From a virus, in IMG/VR virus record IMGVR_UViG_3300029260_000512, positions 1 to 42,997 of that record: DNA of 42,997 nucleotides. One strand, written 5' to 3'. The notes under the pieces were generated by a model, which saw nothing but the letters and a program-made list of their open reading frames with translations, was not told the DNA's origin and searched no databases. This document shows, in pieces, positions 23,502 through 31,163 of the stretch. Numbering within the stretch: the first letter of the stretch is position 1; every line of letters begins with the position of its first letter. The position numbers and the translations under genes are program-made.

Positions 23502-24284
23502 ATGAACATCCCCACCATTTCAGTTTCTGGCGTTCAGCTACCCTATATCGAGCACCAGCAACAACCCGTCGTCACTTTCACAATGATAGACACAGCGCAT
23601 GGCCGCCCAAGCGGTACAGCAAGAAAGCGCTTTAACGACAACAAGCGCCATTTTGTTGAAGGCGAAGACTACTATCCTATTGATTCTGATAGATTGTCCG
23701 AAATTCGGACAATCTATCCAGGCCTGTTTCCCGATGCCATGAAGCGCGTCACTTTCTTCACCGAAACCGGCTACCTCATGTTGGTCAAATCGTTTACCGA
23801 CGACCTCGCTTGGCAAGTGCAGCGCCAGCTCGTCAAAAGCTATTTCCGCGTAAAAGGGGCGATGCAGCCCACCGCCGCCGAGCCCATCCCCGCGCCCATC
23901 GACCACCGCCAGCGCGAACAGCTTACCAACGCCGCTAACGCCGTGTTTCGCAATTTCGGCGGCATGCGCCAAAGCGCCACCGGCTGGTTTTACAACGGCG
24001 TACGCACCGACTACTGCCTAAAGCGCATCGAAGATCTAAGCCAAGACGACTTCCCGGCAGTGATGGACCGCCTCCAAGCCCTACGTAACAACGTGCGCCA
24101 ATACGAAGATTTCCGGCACGATATCCAGCAGTCGTTTTTTAAAGAGGTGGTAGGCGAAGGCCACCCGTACACGGCCTGGGTCAGCAAGCTAGCCGGTGGC
24201 CAACACCACATCGGTAAGCGCCCGGACTGGAAAGCGATAGCCAAACAAGTGCTAATCCACAACGGTTTACTCACCAAACAGTAA
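23502..24284 (+). CDS. ORF6N/KilA-N-like DNA-binding protein (possible antirepressor)
   Basis: The N-terminal region FFTETGYLMLVKSFTDDLAWQVQRQLVKSYF resembles ORF6N-type domains. The start is at MNIPT. Confidence 0.5.
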   Translation: MNIPTISVSGVQLPYIEHQQQPVVTFTMIDTAHGRPSGTARKRFNDNKRHFVEGEDYYPIDSDRLSEIRTIYPGLFPDAMKRVTFFTETGYLMLVKSFTDDLAWQVQRQLVKSYFRVKGAMQPTAAEPIPAPIDHRQREQLTNAANAVFRNFGGMRQSATGWFYNGVRTDYCLKRIEDLSQDDFPAVMDRLQALRNNVRQYEDFRHDIQQSFFKEVVGEGHPYTAWVSKLAGGQHHIGKRPDWKAIAKQVLIHNGLLTKQ

Positions 24285-24307
24285 GCCCACCCGCGCCAGC
24301 AAGCCCA

Positions 24308-24331
24308 AGCCCGCCACCGTGCGGGCTTTTT
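24308..24331 (+). terminator. Intrinsic terminator AGCCCGC-CACCGT-GCGGGCT-T4
   Basis: Directly after the ORF6N-like gene. Confidence 0.7.
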
Positions 24332-24346
24332 GCTGCCTGAACATTC

Positions 24347-24469
24347 AGCGTTAAATAACGCTAGCGTTATAGCGTTTTATCTTGCACCCCTAGCGGCGCT
24401 TTTCTATACTAGCGTTATTGCGTGCTAGCGTTATTTCACGCTTTGACGCCAGCGCGCAATAACGCAACG
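24347..24469 (+). promoter_or_regulatory. par promoter flanked by ATAACGC/GCGTTAT heptads (candidate operator/centromere)
   Basis: TTGCAC (24382)-17-TATACT (24405). A forward module lies at 24347..24381 and a reverse module at 24408..24442. A further ATAACGC lies at 24459..24465. Confidence 0.55.
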
Positions 24470-24488
24470 ATCAACTAAGGGGAAACCA

Positions 24489-25133
24489 ATGGGATACAAG
24501 ATAGGGGTAGTCAGCCAAAAAGGGGGCGTGAGCAAAACCACCATTAGCCGCGCCATCGCTACCACGTTTGCCGCCGATGGCTGGAATGTAAAAATTGCCG
24601 ACCTCGATATTAACCAGGCATCATCGTTTTCATGGCTGCAACGACGCCTTAGCCGCAGCATCACGCCCACCGTGGCCGTTGAGCAATTTGGCAACGTGGC
24701 CAGCGCACTCAAGATGGCCGATAACTACGACCTTATGATTTTCGACGGTGCGCCCCATGCCTCCAAGGCCACCGCCGAAGTGGCCCGCCAGTCGGATTTA
24801 ATCATTCTGCCCACCGCCACCAGCGTTGACGATTTAGAGCCGCAAGTGCGCCTAGCCAACAAGCTCACCAGTGAAGACGGCGTACCCGCTGAACGCATCG
24901 CCTTTGCGCTCAGCAAAGTAGGCAACAGCCCGCTGCAGATCAAAGAAGCCCGCAACTACCTAAGCGCCACACCCTACTTTGTGCTGAGCGGCCAAGTACC
25001 CGAAAAAACCGCGTTTATACGCGCTCAAGATACCGGGCTTTCCATCGTCGAAACCCCCTTTAAAGGCCCGCGTAAACAAGCCGAAGAGCTGATAGAAAGC
25101 ATCATCGAACGCTTTAGCCAGCTGACTCAATAA
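24489..25133 (+). CDS. parA: ParA-family partition ATPase (small, type Ib-like)
   Basis: Deviant Walker A KGGVSKTT. 214 aa. Confidence 0.85.
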   Translation: MGYKIGVVSQKGGVSKTTISRAIATTFAADGWNVKIADLDINQASSFSWLQRRLSRSITPTVAVEQFGNVASALKMADNYDLMIFDGAPHASKATAEVARQSDLIILPTATSVDDLEPQVRLANKLTSEDGVPAERIAFALSKVGNSPLQIKEARNYLSATPYFVLSGQVPEKTAFIRAQDTGLSIVETPFKGPRKQAEELIESIIERFSQLTQ

Positions 25134-25150
25134 CGAAAGGAACCGCCCAC

Positions 25151-25399
25151 ATGGTGAAGAAGATCAACATACCCAAACCCAGCAGCAAAGGTGCACCGCC
25201 CACGGTAGACGCACCCGGCCCGGTAGTAGGCAACAACACCAGTAAGCCGGAAAGCGGCGAAAAGGTGCCGCTTAATTTCCGCGTTGATCCTGAAATGCGC
25301 CGTGAATTTAAAGCCTTCGCCGTAGAGCATGACATGCAAATGGTGGACGTACTCAAGGAAGCCTGGGCGGCGTACAAGCGGGAAAAAGGGAAGGGCTAG
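25151..25399 (+). CDS. Ribbon-helix-helix partner protein (ParG/omega-like)
   Basis: 82 aa. It has a disordered basic N-terminus followed by VPLNFRVDPEMRREFKAFAVEHDMQMVDVLKEAW, a typical RHH pattern. Lies immediately downstream of parA. Confidence 0.6.
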   Translation: MVKKINIPKPSSKGAPPTVDAPGPVVGNNTSKPESGEKVPLNFRVDPEMRREFKAFAVEHDMQMVDVLKEAWAAYKREKGKG

Positions 25400-25401
25400 C
25401 C

Positions 25402-25761
25402 GTGAATAATGAGATCCAGCAGTTTGACCGCCTGATACCTAGCTATGAGCTTGCACTGTGCGCCATTGCTGAACTTATGTCGCACCACTATAAGAGCGTG
25501 CTAGAAAGCACCTCGATAGGCCCATGCGAGGGTGGCTATACCGTCGCGGTCAACTGCGAAACCGGCACTGACACGGTGGGCTTCACCCTGCAGGAAGCGC
25601 CGTACAAAAGCTATCAGGAAGCGCTAAGCGCCTTTGGCGCGATGCTAGACGACATTACCGCCCGCTACGAAGGCCGGGCATCATGGAAAGATGAGGAGTG
25701 GTGGGACCAGCACCACGAAGACCTCAAAGCCCGCTACGGCTTTGAGCTGGTGAGCTTCTGA
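25402..25761 (+). CDS. Hypothetical protein
   Basis: 119 aa with a GTG start. The start is uncertain. Confidence 0.4.
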   Translation: MNNEIQQFDRLIPSYELALCAIAELMSHHYKSVLESTSIGPCEGGYTVAVNCETGTDTVGFTLQEAPYKSYQEALSAFGAMLDDITARYEGRASWKDEEWWDQHHEDLKARYGFELVSF

Positions 25762-25846
25762 AAGTGAGCCACACTAAAACGCCCACCCGGTGGCTAGACC
25801 GGGCGGGCGTTACGCAACGACATAATACCAATGGGGATTAGCTATC

Positions 25847-26002
25847 ATGTCAGCAACAGAATATACCACGATTGCACGCACACCGTTAAACCAGCTGCAT
25901 ACGCTGCCGCTGCACCTGCTGTGCGCCTACCTATACCAATGCCCAGCCATCAGCCGCCGTGCGCTAGAACGCATCGTGCGTATCCATGAGGAGGTCGTAT
26001 GA
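25847..26002 (+). CDS. Small protein (51 aa), not in the ORF track
   Basis: MSATEYTTIARTPLNQ... Its stop overlaps the next ATG (ATGA). Confidence 0.35.
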   Translation: MSATEYTTIARTPLNQLHTLPLHLLCAYLYQCPAISRRALERIVRIHEEVV

Positions 26003-26298
26003 TTAATTACTTCCAAGACAACCCAATGGAGGCGCTAACGCGCCTCATTAAAGCGGCCCAAGGAGACAGCCACCAAAGCCACCACGTGCGTCGATTCCTG
26101 CTTGGTTTGTACAACGCTGAAGAATGGCCCTTTGAAATGAATCGCCTCAGGGCGCTGGATCGTCAGCTGCAAATGGCCTGCTTTCGGGTGTTAGAGCTTG
26201 ATGTCGTGACATGTGAGCGTGATATACACGAGTACCTGGAAAATGGCGGCACTATTTTTCAGCAATTCTGGCAGCAGGAAAGCGCCAGCAGTGATTGA
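25999..26298 (+). CDS. Hypothetical protein
   Basis: 99 aa. RBS GAGGAG. Followed by a strong terminator. Confidence 0.5.
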   Translation: MINYFQDNPMEALTRLIKAAQGDSHQSHHVRRFLLGLYNAEEWPFEMNRLRALDRQLQMACFRVLELDVVTCERDIHEYLENGGTIFQQFWQQESASSD

Positions 26299-26316
26299 CC
26301 TTTTAGCGGCAAGCAA

Positions 26317-26345
26317 TAGCCCGGCCAATGAGCCGGGCTATTTTT
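26317..26345 (+). terminator. Intrinsic terminator TAGCCCGGC-CAATGA-GCCGGGCTA-T5
   Basis: A 9-bp stem plus a T-run after 25999..26298. Confidence 0.8.
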
Positions 26346-26359
26346 ATGTCTGAGCAACG

Positions 26360-26451
26360 AAAAAGCCCCAATCCGGGCAGACTGGGGCTTTATGTGTATG
26401 AGGCATTGGCGTGCCTTCATACAAAGGTAAAAACCTATCGATAAAGCTAAC
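26360..26451 (-). ncRNA. Candidate ~90-nt small RNA with a CGCCAA loop
   Basis: Minus-strand promoter TTGATC (26485..26480)-16-TAATTT (26463..26458). An 11-bp stem-loop at 26395..26423 has loop CGCCAA on the minus strand (TTGGCG on the plus). The terminator is AAGCCCCA...TGGGGCTT-U5 (26390..26360). Confidence 0.35.
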
Positions 26452-26564
26452 AAGAAAAAATTAACACAATGAGCGGCAGGATCAAGCCTGTTTCCTCCTC
26501 GCATGTAATCAGGTTAATGACCTGACTAAGCAGCGGGCCGCGATTGATAACGGTATATAAAATT

Positions 26565-26588
26565 AAAAACCCCACCGGTAAGGCGGGG
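26565..26588 (-). terminator. Intrinsic terminator after the GNAT toxin gene
   Basis: The minus strand reads CCCCGCC-UUACC-GGUGGGG-U5. Confidence 0.65.
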
Positions 26589-26597
26589 TAGGTTTTG

Positions 26598-27110
26598 CTA
26601 TCGCAACGATTTAACCAGTGTCAGCTCATCGCTGGGCAAAGGCTTAAAACCGTATCGCTTATAAAAATCCACCGCATCAGGCAACGCGTTTATCATCAGG
26701 GCCACAGACCCCACTAAACGCGACTGATCGGCTGCAGTTTGCCAAGCAGCCAGTAGCAAACGGCAACCGACCCCCTTGCCTTTTAGTCGGCTATCGACGG
26801 CTAAACGCCCTAACGTGGTCACTGGAACGCTTCGGGGCATGTTCTTTTTTAACTTGCCCATCATTTTTTCGCGGTCCACTGCACCAGATGCAAGCGCAAA
26901 ATATCCTAGCACTAGCTTTGTGCCTGGGGCGCACACTACATAGACCGTAGTAGCACCACTTTGATGGTTGCCTAACGCTTCACTGGCTAAAAACTTATTT
27001 AGCGTGAACACGCCACAATCGAAGTGGCTTAGGTCGTGCTGAGGCGTTAAGAGCTCTGGGGCTGCGACGACGCCCAAATCGGTGTTTTGTTGAGAAGTTT
27101 CTGAAAGCAT
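26598..27110 (-). CDS. GNAT acetyltransferase toxin (TacT/KacT-like)
   Basis: 170 aa. HDLSHFDCG motif and acetyl-CoA site LKGKGVG. RBS GGAGGA. Paired with a DUF1778-type antitoxin. Confidence 0.8.
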   Translation of the reverse strand: MLSETSQQNTDLGVVAAPELLTPQHDLSHFDCGVFTLNKFLASEALGNHQSGATTVYVVCAPGTKLVLGYFALASGAVDREKMMGKLKKNMPRSVPVTTLGRLAVDSRLKGKGVGCRLLLAAWQTAADQSRLVGSVALMINALPDAVDFYKRYGFKPLPSDELTLVKSLR

Positions 27111-27355
27111 GGGTCCTCCGATGCTGGCTGTTTAATAGCCTCTTCGAAGAACGCGTAGTCGGTTTCATTCAGCATGTAGAATCGTCGGTTCAGCAGTACC
27201 TCTTCGGCTTTTCGACATGCGGCTTCCACCACGAAACTGGTTCGATCCCCCCCCAGCTCCGCTACGGCTCTATCGATCAAGGCGCGTTTTTTAGGGTCAA
27301 CACGCATATTGAGGGCCAGTGGCTTAGCCACTGCCTCAGCAGCTGTGCTTTTCAT
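27047..27355 (-). CDS. DUF1778 RHH antitoxin (TacA/KacA-like)
   Basis: LNMRVDPKKRALIDRAVAELGGDRTSFVVEAACRKAEEVLL is the classic DUF1778 pattern. The ORF overlaps the toxin start by 64 nt. Confidence 0.8.
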   Translation of the reverse strand: MKSTAAEAVAKPLALNMRVDPKKRALIDRAVAELGGDRTSFVVEAACRKAEEVLLNRRFYMLNETDYAFFEEAIKQPASEDPCFQKLLNKTPIWASSQPQSS

Positions 27356-27434
27356 GATGTATGTCCTATCGCTGTTTAAGGGTGTTTCGCTCCTTAGCCT
27401 TGCTCAGCAGCTTGTTGCTGCCTGCAAGGCGCGT

Positions 27435-27476
27435 TTAGTTTATGGGTTCTGTTGTGCCTTTGGTTGGGTTGGCCAT
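27435..27476 (-). CDS. 13-codon mini-ORF with a strong Shine-Dalgarno (possible leader peptide)
   Basis: AAGGAGATAACAC-ATG, translating as MANPTKGTTEPIN. It is followed by a ~12-bp hairpin, about 80 nt upstream of the antitoxin start. Confidence 0.2.
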   Translation of the reverse strand: MANPTKGTTEPIN

Positions 27477-27763
27477 GTGTTATCTCCTTGGTTTTTTAGT
27501 GATGGTTTTGCTTTTTTTGCTTTTTGCCTGTGTTGGTTGCCACGACATATAGCGCAATACATGCGGCAACAATTTCAGTATAACATATTATGTAGCTCAA
27601 ACCTACACAATGTAGCACAGAGCGTTACGTTGCTTTAGGTATTCCCTAAGCGCCCACTGGTGGCCCGCCTGATCAATCAGGCGTTTTAGCCAAAACCCCA
27701 CCCAAAACACCCACCTGCTAAACTGCCCACCCAAAACGCCCACAACACCGCCAGGGGGAACGC

Positions 27764-28411
27764 ATGTACGTCAGGGGATACCTACGCGCCAGCACGGCAG
27801 AACAGAACGCCCAGCGGGCACGCAGTACGCTAGAACACTTCGCCGCTGAACATCGCCGTGAGGTAGTGAGCTGGTATATCGAGAATGTGAGCGGCGCTAG
27901 CAGCCAGCGCCCAGAACTCAGGAGGCTTCTGGAAGATGCCAAGCAAGGTGATGTGCTGCTGATAGAATCGGTAGACCGCCTTTCCCGCCTGGGGGCGGCA
28001 GAGTGGCGGCACCTGCGGGGGCAGATTGAGGCGCTAGGGTTACGGGTGGTGTCGCTGGACCTTCCCACTAGCTACGCAGCCATGGCCATGCCCACCCAAG
28101 GCGAGGATTTTACCGCCCGCATGCTCGATGCGCTGAATACCATGATGCTAGACGTACTCGCAGCGGTAGCCCGCAAAGACTACGACGACCGGCGAACGCG
28201 CCAGCGCCAGGGGATAGAGCAAGCAAAGAAGGAAGGCAAATACCAGGGCAAGCGGCCCAACAAGGCACTACACCAGCGAATTGAAGCGCTATTGAACGCC
28301 CGCGACGGTGAAGGCAAACCGTTCACCACGGCGCGCATTTGCGAACTAGCCGGGTGCGGTGAAACCACTGTGAAAAAGGTAAAGCGGGCTATGCGCGAAA
28401 AGGCACACTAA
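27764..28411 (+). CDS. Serine recombinase (resolvase/invertase family)
   Basis: N-terminal YLRASTAEQ catalytic Ser motif, SVDRLSR, and a C-terminal HTH. Confidence 0.85.
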   Translation: MYVRGYLRASTAEQNAQRARSTLEHFAAEHRREVVSWYIENVSGASSQRPELRRLLEDAKQGDVLLIESVDRLSRLGAAEWRHLRGQIEALGLRVVSLDLPTSYAAMAMPTQGEDFTARMLDALNTMMLDVLAAVARKDYDDRRTRQRQGIEQAKKEGKYQGKRPNKALHQRIEALLNARDGEGKPFTTARICELAGCGETTVKKVKRAMREKAH

Positions 28412-28689
28412 GCGCCACGTGAACGCCGCTTTCTTACCCGGCCTTGCAGCCGTTCCCACCATTCGCCGGGTAGCCAGATCGACACCCAGCGCAATAGCAA
28501 TTCAGCCCGGCGTGTGTCCGGGTAATCGTCGGGGTAGTGGGTAAAGTCGCTGGCCAGCGCCAGCAGTTGGTCCTTGCCTTGCTGTTGCACGGCATGGTGG
28601 GCGGGATCAAACGCGGCATCCAGCAGCACGGCCAACCACGTGGCCACTTCATCGGCGTTCATTTTGCGGGGGCGGGGCATGGCGGGCAC
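28408..28689 (-). CDS. Hypothetical protein
   Basis: 93 aa, convergent with the resolvase gene. Confidence 0.35.
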   Translation of the reverse strand: MPAMPRPRKMNADEVATWLAVLLDAAFDPAHHAVQQQGKDQLLALASDFTHYPDDYPDTRRAELLLRWVSIWLPGEWWERLQGRVRKRRSRGA

Positions 28690-28724
28690 CTATTAGCGTG
28701 ACATATTCCCCACTACAGCAGCCG

Positions 28725-29009
28725 CTAATCGCCCCGGAAATTGTTTTTCAGTATCCAGTTATCCGGCGTGCCGGTGTTTTGACGCCGGGCGTGGGCCGCT
28801 GCCTGCTGTGATCGGGTGCGGGCAATCACGCGAATGGCCAAGCGATCTAACCGGCGGCTGCCTGGGTGTTGCACATAGCCCACCTCGCCACACGCAGCGC
28901 AGGGGAACCGATGAAACATGCCGTGCGTAAAGCCGTGGCCGTTGCAGTGTTTGCAAGTGGTGGCCTGCAACTGCGCAAGGGTGCGGGGGAGTGATGGCGG
29001 TAACGTCAT
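28725..29009 (-). CDS. DnaJ-type zinc-finger-like small protein
   Basis: Two CxxCxGxG motifs (CKHCNGHG and CAACGEVG). Confidence 0.45.
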   Translation of the reverse strand: MTLPPSLPRTLAQLQATTCKHCNGHGFTHGMFHRFPCAACGEVGYVQHPGSRRLDRLAIRVIARTRSQQAAAHARRQNTGTPDNWILKNNFRGD

Positions 29010-29239
29010 GCGGTTAGTTTACCGGGGGTTGTGGGTTATGTCGCGCTAGCGACATGCAAGCCGCCCACTGAACTATAAGCAGGCATTATAGGTGCGCGGC
29101 GAACGGGCGTTAGCCCGCCCAACTATGCGGAACCCCTTGCCACTGCTAAACGGGGTTTGGGGTGGTTTTTAGCGGGGTCCAGGGGTGCAACCCCTGGGAC
29201 AACCAGCCCGGCAGGGCTGGGCGTCAGTGTAGAGCGGTT

Positions 29240-29450
29240 CTGCGCTTGCGCAGGCATTTAAAGCCCTTGACCTTGTGCCCTTAAAAGAGCATCCGCGCTT
29301 GCGCGGGCATTGTGGATAAACCCCACGCTAGTGGGGGTTAGCTGAACCTATTTAACTACATAAGAGAAGCATATTAACGGTGTACAGCTAATTTATTCTC
29401 ATATTACCTAATTCTATTTCTAAATCACTTAATTTTACATCTTTAAAGGG
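29240..29450. other. Candidate plasmid-type replication origin
   Basis: Two 19-bp palindrome-containing repeats C(T/C)GCGCTTGCGC(A/G)GGCATT lie at 29240 and 29293. A perfect DnaA box TGTGGATAA (complement of TTATCCACA) lies at 29311..29319. An AT-rich stretch at 29341..29450 carries internal repeats. The region lies downstream of repA, as in IncFII oriR. Confidence 0.5.
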
Positions 29451-29631
29451 GAGTCGAATCATCGGCGGGGGTTGGGCTTTTCGGGGGTGGTGTTTGGCTT
29501 AGATCGGGGAGATTTTGCGCCAGCGCGGCGCTAAAACGGGCGGGGAAATGGGGCAGGGCTACCGATTAGCCACGGGCTTAGCGCCCGGCGTGGGGCGCTG
29601 CGTGGCGTTCTGGGGTGGGGTTGGCGGCGGG

Positions 29632-30696
29632 CTAGTGTCGTCGCTGCCGGTCTAAATGCTCTTCCCATGGCGGGTACTTAATGCGCGCCAGCTGGCGTAT
29701 CTCGGCATAGCTCGCGCCGGGGTTGTTGTCGGAAACCTCTTTAATGTACGCGATCATAGCGAGGTTATAGCGGCGCTGAGCCTCGGCGCTCTCGTCAACG
29801 TCGGGTAGATCGGCCTTGCCCCGGCGCTGCTTCTGCATCGCTTTCGGGCCGCTGCCTGCCATCGCTAGGCGGCTGCGTGCTTCGGCGGCGTCGTGCGCCT
29901 TGGGGAACTGCTCGCGGTGCTTACGGCGGGCTTTCTTAATGCGGTTGCTGCACCAGTCGCGGAACTCCTTAAATTTCTGGTAGCCCACACGCCCCAGCGC
30001 CAGCAGAAAATCCGGGTTGAGTAGCTTCACAGCAGGCCGGGCGCGCTTCGTACCGTCGACTTTCACCTCATGCTGCAAATGCACCGTAAACGCGCCAGCG
30101 AGCTTTAAGCGCCGGAAGGCGCGCCAAAAGCGTTGGCTAGGCTCGGGGGCTTCTGGGGTGCTGCCGGGTGCCAGCAGGCCCGCCACGCGGGCAATTTCCG
30201 CACAGCTACGGTGTTTAAAACCACCATCCGCTAGTGGGGTGCCCACGCGCAAACTGGCGAACTCGGTAAACTGAATGATGGCAGAAAGCACCAGCGACTC
30301 AGCAGCGCGGGCCTCAGATCGGTTACAGCGGGGGTTGCCATCGGCGTTGGCCTTGCCGTTCAGGTTGGCCAGCGTGGGCAATAGGCCGGGGCTGGTGTAG
30401 TAGGCTTTGGCACCGTCTACCAGCGCTTGCAGTGTGGCGGGTAGCCGCCCCTTTTTAACGGGCTGGCAATAGCGCTCAAACTCGCCTTTAGCGGGGTTAT
30501 GCCCGCACCGGTTACCGGTGCCCCACCACTTGCCGTGGTGTTCGTATGGCACGCGCCCCCACGTGAGGGGCTGCGCGTTCTCTGCTGCAGCATCCATTTG
30601 CAAAATCTCGCTTGAGACTTGCCCGCGCCTTGTGCAGCAGTTAAACTCTGGGGAGTCGGTTTTGGTTCCCAGTCGTTTGTTCTGCTGCCAAAACAT
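29632..30696 (-). CDS. repA: Plasmid replication initiator (IncFII RepA-like)
   Basis: 354 aa. The central region (ESLVLSAIIQFTEFASLRVG...SCAEIARVAGL...RFWRAFRRLKLAGAFTV) and the basic C-terminal part resemble the IncFII RepA family as I recall it. The adjacent origin-like region and antisense-control hairpin support the call. Confidence 0.6.
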   Translation of the reverse strand: MFWQQNKRLGTKTDSPEFNCCTRRGQVSSEILQMDAAAENAQPLTWGRVPYEHHGKWWGTGNRCGHNPAKGEFERYCQPVKKGRLPATLQALVDGAKAYYTSPGLLPTLANLNGKANADGNPRCNRSEARAAESLVLSAIIQFTEFASLRVGTPLADGGFKHRSCAEIARVAGLLAPGSTPEAPEPSQRFWRAFRRLKLAGAFTVHLQHEVKVDGTKRARPAVKLLNPDFLLALGRVGYQKFKEFRDWCSNRIKKARRKHREQFPKAHDAAEARSRLAMAGSGPKAMQKQRRGKADLPDVDESAEAQRRYNLAMIAYIKEVSDNNPGASYAEIRQLARIKYPPWEEHLDRQRRH

Positions 30697-30732
30697 CCGA
30701 GAAGCCCCAGCGCCAACTGGGGCTTTTCTTTT
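30654..30732 (+). ncRNA. Candidate antisense copy-control RNA (CopA/Inc-like)
   Basis: Plus-strand promoter TTGCCC (30619)-17-TAAACT (30642). The terminator-like hairpin AAGCCCCAG-CGCCAA-CTGGGGCTT is followed by TTTTCTTTT (30702..30732). The RNA would be antisense to the repA start region. Confidence 0.4.
30702..30725 (-). promoter_or_regulatory. repA leader stem-loop with a 5'-UUGGCG-3' loop
   Basis: A 9-bp stem. On the repA mRNA strand the loop reads UUGGCG, and the structure ends 5 nt before the annotated ATG. Confidence 0.6.
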
Positions 30733-30889
30733 GGGTGTCTATCTAGTTAATTTGTAAGCGTTTTCTATTTCTGGCTTAGCGCCGCCCGGCGCTAAGCATC
30801 GCGTCACTGAGTGCTAATCCTAACACCCACGCCACTTTTTGCCACTATTTGTGAACAAAAAATTTAACTGCTGTCTGCCTGTCCAGCGG

Positions 30890-31123
30890 TTAATGCGGCT
30901 TGACCTCTTCCTCGTCATCGCTTTTTTTAGCGGCCTCTGCCAGCTCATGCCCCAACGCACCGCGAATAAACGCGATGTTGGTACTAAGCCCTTGGTGCAT
31001 CCCCTCGCACGTTAACGCCAAATACTCTAAGTGCTCCAAACAGTTAGCCAGCGTTTCCTCTGCACTCACGCCCACCAGCGGGTTTGCTTGATAGCCTTGC
31101 GTCGTTCCCTGCTGCTCGCTCAT
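30890..31123 (-). CDS. Small acidic protein in the CopB position upstream of repA
   Basis: The start MSEQQG is preceded by GGAGG. 77 aa. A LexA box lies upstream. Confidence 0.5.
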   Translation of the reverse strand: MSEQQGTTQGYQANPLVGVSAEETLANCLEHLEYLALTCEGMHQGLSTNIAFIRGALGHELAEAAKKSDDEEEVKPH

Positions 31124-31163
31124 TGTGTCGCCTCCCCGGTGCGCGTTTGCGCACACCTAAAAA

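Noticed and set aside
23277-23518. Minus-strand ORFs 23277..23480 and 23330..23518 in the structured intergenic region
   Set aside because: They have no ribosome-binding sites and run antisense through stacked hairpins. The region is better explained as structured RNA or DNA.
13670-24469. Possibility that the repeated ~33-bp elements form a CRISPR-like array or are MITE-type mobile elements
   Set aside because: The copies are dispersed singly, up to several kb apart, and occur in both orientations. There is no regular spacer periodicity, no terminal inverted repeats plus target duplications, and no cas genes. Their fixed position upstream of starts argues for promoter/operator function.
26259-26504. 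An 81-aa minus-strand ORF whose middle (FFLLALSIGFYLCMKARQCLIHIKPQSARIGAF) superficially resembles Hok/Gef toxins, including the spacing C..I........AF
   Set aside because: The ORF has no Shine-Dalgarno before its ATG. It reads straight through two intrinsic-terminator hairpins, and the 'GAF' residues are encoded by a terminator U-run. It ends 29 aa beyond where Hok proteins stop. It is more likely noncoding RNA structure. It should be kept only as a low-probability alternative to the small-RNA interpretation.
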